From Thermodesulfobacteriota bacterium (GTDB lineage Bacteria; Desulfobacterota_D; UBA1144; Nemesobacterales; UBA2774), in the NCBI GenBank assembly GCA_963422265.1, contig OY729416.1:384001-448000 (forward strand): DNA of 64,000 bases, in the 5' to 3' direction. Positions 10,342 through 18,410 of the stretch are shown in pieces (positions within the stretch are counted from its first letter, which is position 1; the number at the start of each line of letters is the position of its first letter). A program made the position numbers and the translations under genes. The notes beneath the pieces were generated by a model. It ran no database searches and was not told the DNA's origin. It saw only the letters and a program-made list of their open reading frames with translations.

Positions 10342-11643
10342 ATGAGCAATTGCAAAAAGAGCGTATCGGTTGGTATCAAGGTCAACTTGCCAGCCAGATT
10401 ATTGAAGGTAGGAGAATCTTTTATAGACGCTCTTGAACATATAGACGCTCTTTACCAAATACAGACTTTGGGTGAACTTACGCTCCTATTGGAGAAAAGG
10501 GTGTGGAGAGAGATGGTTAAGGAATTAGAAAGTGTGTCTCCTACGTTGTTCAGCAAATCTGAAAGAGACGAGCTTATTCATCAACTCAAAGTTTTAAGTG
10601 AGGGGATATTTGATCTCTATCCCGTGTCCGTAGGTCAGGGAGGGGTAAGGCGCGTTGAGCTTATTGTAGGAAAAGTCTTTTCAGGGGAAAGTGCGCATAG
10701 TAGTTATTATTCGGGTGCTTGCGGTAAGTTGAATCTTGATTATTCCAATACCATAGAGCTATATGACGGTTATCTTGACAGATTCAGAGAAGCACTCCCC
10801 GTTTCTGAGCGCTTCAAGGGCGATCCGGTGGCAGGAAATGTGCCAGAAATGAGGTGTATGGACGTGTTTTCATTGGCGGGTGCGCTCAACGCTAAGCACA
10901 AGCCAATATGTATCTTCTACTCAGGCGGAAGCCGAGAGGGCTTATCCTCATTATCACACCTTACTGTGTTTATTAATCTTTATACCGCGAGGTTTAGGGA
11001 GCTTACTTGGAAAATCGCAGAAGGGTATTTGCTTGGCTCTGAAATTCTTAGAGGGCTTTCAGATGATGATGTGGCTAAGATACTTCTTGTTTGGCTCAGG
11101 GGACATGACGTCGGACATTTTATGGGTGTTGATAAGCTATCGGATGGTATGTCTGAGTTTGACAGAGATTATATGTGTCTTCACGAATTTAAGTCTGATT
11201 TGATAGCCCTTAATAATCTAAAATACTTACCTAACGACGTCTTGAGTGAGGACTTGATCAGAAAGGTTTACTTGGTATCCATTGCTGAAATGTTTAGATA
11301 TATAAGACGGGGTAACATATACGGGCATCCGGACTCTGCGTCTGCTTATCTTGCATATCTTTATTTGCAAGATAGAGGAGCGATAGGGTTTCACTCGTGT
11401 AATGGGAAGTTTGAGGTCTATTTCGACACTCTTGAATCTTCGGTTACAGAGTTGACGGGTGAGGTGCTAAGGGTTTTTGCTCAGGGAGACGTTGAAAGAG
11501 CGAGGGGTATCGTAAATAGGTGGGGAGGCTTAAATGGAGATGGGGAGAATGGATTGCCTCACAACTGCCCGGATGAGCTTCTGTGCGTAGTTATGGATGA
11601 GAGCATCCCTCGTTACATTGAGTATGATTTTGAGCTTAGCTAG
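10342..11643 (+). CDS. Divergent peptidase M49 (DPP III-like, HExxH type) homolog with an altered active site
   Basis: Motif order IDALYQIQ ... ALP ... ARF ... GHDVGH ... LHEFKSD ... MFRYIRRG ... YLQDRGAI ... QGDVERA ... IPRYI parallels bacterial/plant HExxH-type M49 proteins. Confidence 0.7.
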   Translation: MSNCKKSVSVGIKVNLPARLLKVGESFIDALEHIDALYQIQTLGELTLLLEKRVWREMVKELESVSPTLFSKSERDELIHQLKVLSEGIFDLYPVSVGQGGVRRVELIVGKVFSGESAHSSYYSGACGKLNLDYSNTIELYDGYLDRFREALPVSERFKGDPVAGNVPEMRCMDVFSLAGALNAKHKPICIFYSGGSREGLSSLSHLTVFINLYTARFRELTWKIAEGYLLGSEILRGLSDDDVAKILLVWLRGHDVGHFMGVDKLSDGMSEFDRDYMCLHEFKSDLIALNNLKYLPNDVLSEDLIRKVYLVSIAEMFRYIRRGNIYGHPDSASAYLAYLYLQDRGAIGFHSCNGKFEVYFDTLESSVTELTGEVLRVFAQGDVERARGIVNRWGGLNGDGENGLPHNCPDELLCVVMDESIPRYIEYDFELS

Positions 11644-11666
11644 TTGGGTTAATTCACGTTGTTAAT

Positions 11667-11909
11667 CTAAAATAGCTCTTGTTGTGAGTCTTCAAGCAAG
11701 ACCGTTTTAGGTATGTTCTTTGCCTTAGTAATAGCTTTTTCCTTTATCTCTTCGACGAAGTCGCTTGAATCATTTGCGAGAGACAAATTTACAGAGATAT
11801 AAACTGTGTTATCCGAAGTTCCATAGTCTTCAAGCTCAATAGCGACTCTGACCATATAAGACTTTTCGTCTTCCATAGGCATTACGTTTTCTAGCGTGTA
11901 TTGAATCAA
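11667..11909 (-). CDS. Small acidic hypothetical protein (80 aa)
   Basis: TTG start with upstream AGGA; follows the 208-aa ORF on the same strand; no recognisable motif. Confidence 0.55.
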   Translation of the reverse strand: MIQYTLENVMPMEDEKSYMVRVAIELEDYGTSDNTVYISVNLSLANDSSDFVEEIKEKAITKAKNIPKTVLLEDSQQELF

Positions 11910-11933
11910 TCTAGTTTATTCCTATTGTGATAT

Positions 11934-12560
11934 TCAGTTTAATTGCTTCCTCACTGGCTTTGGTTCAAGGTCTCCTTCCAAAAATTTCTTTGAGAACTTC
12001 CTTGCTTGTTCAAGCACTATTTTAGGGTTTGCCTTAGTTACTCTTCCACTCTTCGCTCTGATTTGAGCTATATAAGCTATTGAAGCATAATATTCGGATG
12101 CTTCATTTTCTGAATAAATATTCCATTTTCCGTCAAATTTTTTGGTTGATCCCGCTGCCATATCAACTATATCCGTTGCCGATAATGTCCGAGAGTGGTT
12201 GCCCCATATATCAAAAATAAGAAATCTTACCTCAACTGCTGAAAGTGCCTCTTTAGAGATGACACTATATTCCGCACTGTATTGATAACTCCCACTAGAA
12301 TAACGCTCACCAGAGTCATAAATAGTAGTGACGCCGGCAGTACCAGATATATCCGCTGGGATTGAAGTGTCATGGATAGTAATCCACTCTCTTGTAAGTG
12401 AGGACCCCTTATTTAGAACTATTCCGTAACCTAGTGCAGTTTTAATTGATCCACCAGACGTCTTTGTAACGTTTTCGGCGGCCAATGAACTTGTCAAAGA
12501 TAATACAAGTAGAATCGTTGCAAATGTGGTTTTCAATATCCTTCTAAATACATCAAACAT
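11934..12560 (-). CDS. Hypothetical exported protein (208 aa)
   Basis: Strong SD AGGAGG 5 nt before ATG; signal-peptide-like N-terminus (RRILKTTFATILLVLSLTSSLAA). Confidence 0.8.
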   Translation of the reverse strand: MFDVFRRILKTTFATILLVLSLTSSLAAENVTKTSGGSIKTALGYGIVLNKGSSLTREWITIHDTSIPADISGTAGVTTIYDSGERYSSGSYQYSAEYSVISKEALSAVEVRFLIFDIWGNHSRTLSATDIVDMAAGSTKKFDGKWNIYSENEASEYYASIAYIAQIRAKSGRVTKANPKIVLEQARKFSKKFLEGDLEPKPVRKQLN

Positions 12561-12746
12561 TTTTTCCTCCTGCTTGCCAGGTGTTAAAACACTTTATTGG
12601 TACCCTCTATGATACACTCTACCTAATAGTTTATCTGAAGACTATGTGATACTTATGAATTTTCGATTTGATTCAGGGTTTTCAGTGAATTGTACAGTTG
12701 AACAGAAACTTCATTCTTGATTGTAAGCCCTCCTTCACGGGGCTAC

Positions 12747-12983
12747 TCATCCGTAGGGCTGTTTTGCCAATAGTTTGTCCAGTGCCTTCTTTACAACTTT
12801 AGGTTATATTTCTCTCTGGAGTGCTCCTACATACTCGTGCCTCTTTCATATTTTGATCCATATAAATGCTGTTGTTTAGCATGAGGAGTTTTACATTGGG
12901 CAAAACAAAGGCAGAAAATTTATATTTTTGTTTGAGAGTCCTTGTTTAACAAAAGTTCCAAACTCTTCAATAAAATTAGGCAT
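12747..12983 (-). pseudogene. Possible decayed ORF, loosely TlpA/thioredoxin-like
   Basis: One frame reads MPNFIEEFGTFVKQGL...TTAFI...HEYVGAL...VVKKALDKLL with four internal stops. Resemblance is by eye only. Confidence 0.2.
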
Positions 12984-13069
12984 GTATTTTGTCTGAATCC
13001 TAAAGCCTTTTTAAGTTGGCTTCCGCCGAAATGTACTCTTTAATTCAAGCTCACCAAGCTGTTTCTCTG

Positions 13070-13996
13070 TCAATCCAGTTCAAAGCAGATTTTTTTGAAG
13101 TTACACAAATCGCAGGTTTTTCTGTTTTCAGTTCTTTCAAAGTCAGTCATAGTGGCTAGGTTATTCTCCACCTCTGATAAATAGCCTTTCATGTTGTCAA
13201 TACTAGCCATTATATCATTCTTAGCGTTTTCTATTTCTACGGAATTGAAATGATGCCTGATTTGCTTGTTCTGAATAAGGTTGTGTTCTAGCACGCGTAT
13301 ATCCTCAAGCGGGTGGTTAAGCTCTTCATTCGCATATATTACATATACTAGGAACTGAAACGTGTTGCTTTCGCCAGATCCTGTCTTCCAGTCCACTATT
13401 TGAAGCTTGTCTTCTAGCTTATATGCTAGGTCGATTTTAATGAAAAACTGCTCGTCACTAAAGGAAAGGCAGCTAGGCTTCATGCTCTCAATTGTGACTA
13501 TGTTGTTTCTATTCAGATTTCGCACAGTTTCTAGGACTTCTGATTTGTAAAAATTTTCAAGACAAGAAATTGTCTCATTATAATTCCTTTTCCAAGCCTC
13601 GTTAGATACCTCAGTTTCGTACTCGTGTTCAAAAAGTGCTAGCTCGTTCTTTAGACTGTTGACAGTCTTCCGATAACCCCCTTCCCTTGATGATTTGAAC
13701 CCTCTTCTCATCATTCCAGTAACTCTTTTATGGGATTTTTCAAATGGGGTCAGGCTTCCAGTTGATATGAGTTCTTTTAGTATTCTTTCAATCTCATGGT
13801 GAACTGCGTTTCCTTTCCACATCCACCTTAGTTGTAAATTTTTTAAAACGTATAGCTCACGAGCAACAGTATCAGAGATATTACTATCCCAACCACCCCA
13901 TGATCCGTAGTAGTTGTAGTAGTATTTTCTCTTACACTCGGTAAATAGGGCATCCCTTGATACTGACCAACTGAATTCATTCTTGAAATCGCTCAT
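13070..13996 (-). CDS. PD-(D/E)XK nuclease, RecB/Cas4-like with a four-Cys iron staple
   Basis: WSVSR...CKRKYY, GNAVH, KID, VDWKTG, QFLVY, C-terminal CDLCNFKKIC. Confidence 0.88.
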   Translation of the reverse strand: MSDFKNEFSWSVSRDALFTECKRKYYYNYYGSWGGWDSNISDTVARELYVLKNLQLRWMWKGNAVHHEIERILKELISTGSLTPFEKSHKRVTGMMRRGFKSSREGGYRKTVNSLKNELALFEHEYETEVSNEAWKRNYNETISCLENFYKSEVLETVRNLNRNNIVTIESMKPSCLSFSDEQFFIKIDLAYKLEDKLQIVDWKTGSGESNTFQFLVYVIYANEELNHPLEDIRVLEHNLIQNKQIRHHFNSVEIENAKNDIMASIDNMKGYLSEVENNLATMTDFERTENRKTCDLCNFKKICFELD

Positions 13997-14216
13997 TTGA
14001 TAATCTTGTTGGAAGCTGTGCCCAAACTACTTGCCCTTCTTATATGACAAAGACGTGGAAAATAACGTAACACATGCTAAGATATTATAAATAAGGAAAA
14101 ATAAGTATTGCAACCTACCTTGAGCACCAGCTTAATTTTAGCGCATGTGTATCGCGGAATTGTCTTATTGGACTGGGTTGATGGACTAAAAGAAAAAGGA
14201 AGGTCTAAATGGCGTT

Positions 14217-15602
14217 ATGCGTAGTTATGTAATAGTAGTCATGTTAACTATTGTCATTGGGGGAATGCTTTATTTATTCTCTGGCGTTGTGGGTTCGCCG
14301 CCTGAGATATATATACGACTTGATTCGGATACCGTAGGGAGCAAGCCTTTTGATATTGAAATTGCTAGCGAGGGCCAGGGGTTAAAGGCGGTTTCAATCG
14401 TGTTGGCGCGTGACAATAGAGAATCAACCCTTGTTAACAAGTCTTATCCCAAGGGAATTAAAGGGGATATTATAACTGTCTCTTTAGACCCCTCAGAACT
14501 CAGCGTTAAGGTGGGGATTGGTGAGCTTATAGTTACCGCCGAGAGTAGGTCGTATCTAGGAGTTTCTTCTATGAATATTGCTATAGTTAGTAAAAAGATC
14601 AATTTGGATTTCATTCCTCCTAAGATCAGCATTATTAGCACTGAGCATTATGTAAACCATGGGGGCTCAGGTCTTGTTATATATAAAGCCTCTCCCGACG
14701 CGGTTAAGACCGGTGTTTCGGTAGGGCACTATTTTTTCCCTGGCTATGAAGGGCATTTGCAGAGCGACGGTGTTTACCTAGCTTTCTTTGCTTATCCATA
14801 CGACCTTAAGCCTAATGAGAATATTGTCGTTACGGCTCAGGATAAAGCTGGAAACCAAAGAAAAGTGGCATTATTTTTTAGACTTAAAAATGTTAGCTAT
14901 AGAAAGAGTAAAATAAAATTAAGTAATAGGTTTATAGAAAACGTCGGTAATCTACTATCGGGCAATCACGAGACAGATACTGATTATAAAGAGATTTTTC
15001 TTAGAGTGAATAATGAACTTAGGAAACGTAACGATGAGACAATAAGGGAAACAGGTTCAAATTCCAAGCCGGGGATTATGTGGAAAGGGGCTTTTCATCA
15101 GTTGTCTAACTCAAAGGTAGAGGCGAATTTTGCAGATGAAAGAACGTATTTCTTTAATGATGAGCTGATAGATAGACAATATCATCTTGGATATGATCTT
15201 GCCGTTACTAAAAGGTATCCGATTGAGGTGGCTAATAACGGCGTTGTTGTATATGCGGATGAGCTAGGTATTTATGGTAATACTGTAATCATTGATCATG
15301 GCATGGGACTTTCAACTCTATATGGACACATGAGTTCTATTGAAGTTAGAGTTGGGGATGAGGTTAAGAAGGAAGGTGTAATTGGCAGAACGGGGCAGAC
15401 GGGGCTTGCGGCTGGTGATCATCTTCACTATGGGGTCTATATAAACGGCGTCGCAGTCCGTCCTATAGAATGGTGGGACGCCAAATGGATTAGAGACAAT
15501 ATAACGCTCAAGATTGATAAAGCTAAATCTGAGATTGGAAGCTACGCTACTGGGAACGGAGAGAGCCTAAGTATTGATTATTTACGGCAAGAATCCCGTT
15601 AG
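14217..15602 (+). CDS. M23 family metallopeptidase with N-terminal membrane anchor
   Basis: HLGYD, IYGNTVIIDHG, LYGHMS, GQTG, HLH; hydrophobic N-terminus. Confidence 0.92.
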   Translation: MRSYVIVVMLTIVIGGMLYLFSGVVGSPPEIYIRLDSDTVGSKPFDIEIASEGQGLKAVSIVLARDNRESTLVNKSYPKGIKGDIITVSLDPSELSVKVGIGELIVTAESRSYLGVSSMNIAIVSKKINLDFIPPKISIISTEHYVNHGGSGLVIYKASPDAVKTGVSVGHYFFPGYEGHLQSDGVYLAFFAYPYDLKPNENIVVTAQDKAGNQRKVALFFRLKNVSYRKSKIKLSNRFIENVGNLLSGNHETDTDYKEIFLRVNNELRKRNDETIRETGSNSKPGIMWKGAFHQLSNSKVEANFADERTYFFNDELIDRQYHLGYDLAVTKRYPIEVANNGVVVYADELGIYGNTVIIDHGMGLSTLYGHMSSIEVRVGDEVKKEGVIGRTGQTGLAAGDHLHYGVYINGVAVRPIEWWDAKWIRDNITLKIDKAKSEIGSYATGNGESLSIDYLRQESR

Positions 15603-16308
15603 GGAGCTTTTTACTGACAATAACTCTACAATTGAGGAGCTTTTTCTTTCTGATAATGCAAGAAAACACAGGAATAGCGACTTACTGAAGTCAGCCAATA
15701 AGCGGGGAGTAAAAGTATCGTTTCTTCCACATGAAGCCTTGACTAGGTTATCCCAATCGCCATATCATCAAGGGATGGCTGCGAAGGTCGCGAATTTTGA
15801 GTACTCTAGGGTCTCTGATATTATAGAGTGTGCTAGGATGAGAGGAGAGAAGCTCCTCTTTTTAATTCTTGATCATGTTGAGGATCCACAAAACCTAGGT
15901 GCTATCATAAGAACTGTAAACGCACTTGGTGCCCACGGTATCGCTATACCTAAGGACCGTGCGGCTTCGGTAACTCCCTCCGTGATTAAGGCTTCAGCAG
16001 GCGCCGTCCAACACGTTCTTATTGCGAAAGTAGTTAATCTTTCTACCTTGATAAAGGACTTAAGAAAAAAAGGAGTATGGATAGTAGGAGCAGATACTCA
16101 GGCTTCAAAGTCATTATCTGAAGAGAAGTTGGGCGGTTTAGATTTAGCTATAGTAGTTGGCAATGAGGGTAGGGGACTTGGGAATAAGATAAGGGGTGAT
16201 TGCGATTTCCTGCTGTCGATTCCCCAGTCAGGTAAAGTTGCATCGCTAAACGCCTCGGTTGCAGCGGGAATTATAATATATGAGCTAATGAAACAAAGAA
16301 AGTCTTAG
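15574..16308 (+). CDS. rlmB: 23S rRNA Gm2251 2'-O-methyltransferase (SPOUT/TrmH family)
   Basis: IYGKNPV, HQG, DPQNLGAIIR, GNEGRG, SLNASVA. Confidence 0.93.
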   Translation: MIIYGKNPVRELFTDNNSTIEELFLSDNARKHRNSDLLKSANKRGVKVSFLPHEALTRLSQSPYHQGMAAKVANFEYSRVSDIIECARMRGEKLLFLILDHVEDPQNLGAIIRTVNALGAHGIAIPKDRAASVTPSVIKASAGAVQHVLIAKVVNLSTLIKDLRKKGVWIVGADTQASKSLSEEKLGGLDLAIVVGNEGRGLGNKIRGDCDFLLSIPQSGKVASLNASVAAGIIIYELMKQRKS

Positions 16309-16325
16309 ACTCAATTTTCTTTGAG

Positions 16326-18410
16326 TTAGTCAATTCCTACTAGTTTTCTGAATTCGCTCTCTTCCAAGATTCTTATTCCAAGTGATAGCCCCTTATCATA
16401 CTTTGAACCGGGGTCTTTTCCCACAACTACATAGGACGTCTGCTTAGTAACAGAGGAAGACGCCCGCCCGCCCTTTGATTCTACAATTTCTTGAGCCTCA
16501 TCACGAGTGAATGTTTCCAGCCCACCCGTGAAGACAAAACTCTGTCCGTTGAGTTCATTGTTATCTATTTGCGTTTTTTCTTTATACTTTATGTGAATTC
16601 CCGTGGACAGCATCTTGTTGATTAAATCCTGATTTTGTTTTGATTTAAAGAAATGTAAAATACTTTTTGCTATTTCAGGTCCAATCGTGGGCGTTCTGAT
16701 TAGAAATTCTTCTGATGTCTCCATTAGGGAGTTAACATCAGTAAAATTCTCCGCTAGCACTTGCGCTACCCGTTCACCCACGTGCCTTATGCTAAGCGCG
16801 TTTATAAAGCGGTCAAACGAGACTACCTTACTTCTTTCAACTTCTCTTTCCAAGTTCTCAGCCGACTTTTCAGCGAACCTTTCAAGTGGGAGTAAGTCTT
16901 CTTTCTTCAAACTAAATACGTCTCCCATACCCTTTATCAGCTTGTTTTTTAACAACTGCTCTACTGTTCTTTCTCCAAGCCCCTCGATATTGAAAGCCTT
17001 CTTTGAGGCGAGATGCTGAATTCGTCCTTTCAATTGAGACGGGCACGAGAGGTTAGGGCAATAATAGTAAGCCCCCTCCTTTTCTACAGTAGTCGCGCAT
17101 GAAGGACAAGCTTCGGGCATACTAAAAGTCCTTTCTTCACCTCTCCTTTTCTCCTTAATTGGCATTACGACTTCAGGTATTACGTCACCCGCTCGTTGGA
17201 TCAAAACGGTATCATAAAACCGTATATCCCTTTCTTTGATTATATCCTCTGTATGGAGCGAGGCGCGTTTTATTGTGATCCCACCTATCTTCACTGGCTC
17301 GAGCTCGGCGACGGGGGTAAGGAGACCCGTGCGTCCTACCTGCACTACAATATCTTTTATCTTAGTCGTTGCCTGTCTAGGCTTGAACTTATAGGCGATG
17401 CTCCATCGGGTATGCTTTGCAGTAGCCCCTAGTCTAGTTTGGTAATCCCTTCTATTTACCTTTACAACAATGCCGTCCGCTTCATAAGGGAGGCTATCTC
17501 TAGCGGATTCTATTTCCCTTTGATATTTAATGGCTTCATTTATATTAGAGCATTCCCTTACGTTGTTATCAATCTTAAATCCCCAAACCCGTAATGCGTC
17601 CACAATTTGCGATTCGCTAGTAACTTTGAGACCTCTTATCTCTCCAATCCCCCAAGCATAAAAATCAAGTAGTCTCTTAGCAGTTACCCTTGAATCAAGA
17701 TGCCTTACAGCTCCAGAAGCCGCGTTTCTAGGATTAGCAAAGAGGGGTTCGCCAGAATCGGATAGTTCCTTATTAAGAGTCTTAAAATTCTCCAGCGGGT
17801 ACAATACCTCACCTCTTATCTCTATCAAGTTAGGAATTCCGTAGCTGCTTCCCCGATCGGAGCTTTGAATACTTTTGAGCCGTAGGGGAATAGTCTTTAT
17901 CGTTTTCAGGTTAGTTATGATGTCTTCACCGACCGAACCGTCCCCCCTCGTAGCCCCTTTTGTTAGTAACCCCCTTTCATAGGTAAGCGAGGCAGATACC
18001 CCATCAAACTTGGGTTCAGCAACGTATTGAACGTCTTCTTCTATGTCTAAGAGTCTTTTGACCCTTTTATCAAAGTTATATGCTTCTCCATCAGTGGAAA
18101 TACTGTCTATGCTCATCATGGGAATAAGGTGAGATACGGGGTTAAAACCCTCTGCTACGACTCCCCCAATCCGCTGGGTAGGGGAATCTGGTGTGATTAG
18201 GTCTGGGTATTGAGACTCAAGTTGTATTAATTCTTTTAGCAGAGCGTCAAATTCATAATCCAAAATCTCTGATCGGTCTTTTACATAGTAGAGATTATCA
18301 TGACGCTCAATCTCTTCCCGTAATCTCTTAGCTTCTTCTAATGTATCTTTAGGAATAGTAGTTGCTGAACTTTGTTGCACTATAGAAGTTTTTGCTTTCA
18401 CGTCAGACAT
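16326..18410 (-). CDS. ligA: NAD-dependent DNA ligase
   Basis: EPKFDG adenylation motif, TRGDG, ANPRNAA, AYKF, RAGDVIP, C4 zinc finger, BRCT domain. Confidence 0.97.
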   Translation of the reverse strand: MSDVKAKTSIVQQSSATTIPKDTLEEAKRLREEIERHDNLYYVKDRSEILDYEFDALLKELIQLESQYPDLITPDSPTQRIGGVVAEGFNPVSHLIPMMSIDSISTDGEAYNFDKRVKRLLDIEEDVQYVAEPKFDGVSASLTYERGLLTKGATRGDGSVGEDIITNLKTIKTIPLRLKSIQSSDRGSSYGIPNLIEIRGEVLYPLENFKTLNKELSDSGEPLFANPRNAASGAVRHLDSRVTAKRLLDFYAWGIGEIRGLKVTSESQIVDALRVWGFKIDNNVRECSNINEAIKYQREIESARDSLPYEADGIVVKVNRRDYQTRLGATAKHTRWSIAYKFKPRQATTKIKDIVVQVGRTGLLTPVAELEPVKIGGITIKRASLHTEDIIKERDIRFYDTVLIQRAGDVIPEVVMPIKEKRRGEERTFSMPEACPSCATTVEKEGAYYYCPNLSCPSQLKGRIQHLASKKAFNIEGLGERTVEQLLKNKLIKGMGDVFSLKKEDLLPLERFAEKSAENLEREVERSKVVSFDRFINALSIRHVGERVAQVLAENFTDVNSLMETSEEFLIRTPTIGPEIAKSILHFFKSKQNQDLINKMLSTGIHIKYKEKTQIDNNELNGQSFVFTGGLETFTRDEAQEIVESKGGRASSSVTKQTSYVVVGKDPGSKYDKGLSLGIRILEESEFRKLVGID

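Noticed and set aside
10423..10452. ATAGACGCTCTT repeated at 18-nt spacing (IDAL-EH-IDAL)
   Set aside because: Only two short in-frame copies within a helix; no evidence of function.
8698..13030. Integrative island at tRNA-Asp with attR near 13018-13027 (GGCTTCCGCC)
   Set aside because: The match to the tRNA 3' end (GGCTCCGCCA) is short and imperfect, and there is no integrase.
13070..13996. CRISPR-Cas locus suggested by the Cas4-like nuclease
   Set aside because: No repeat-spacer array or other cas gene anywhere in the window.
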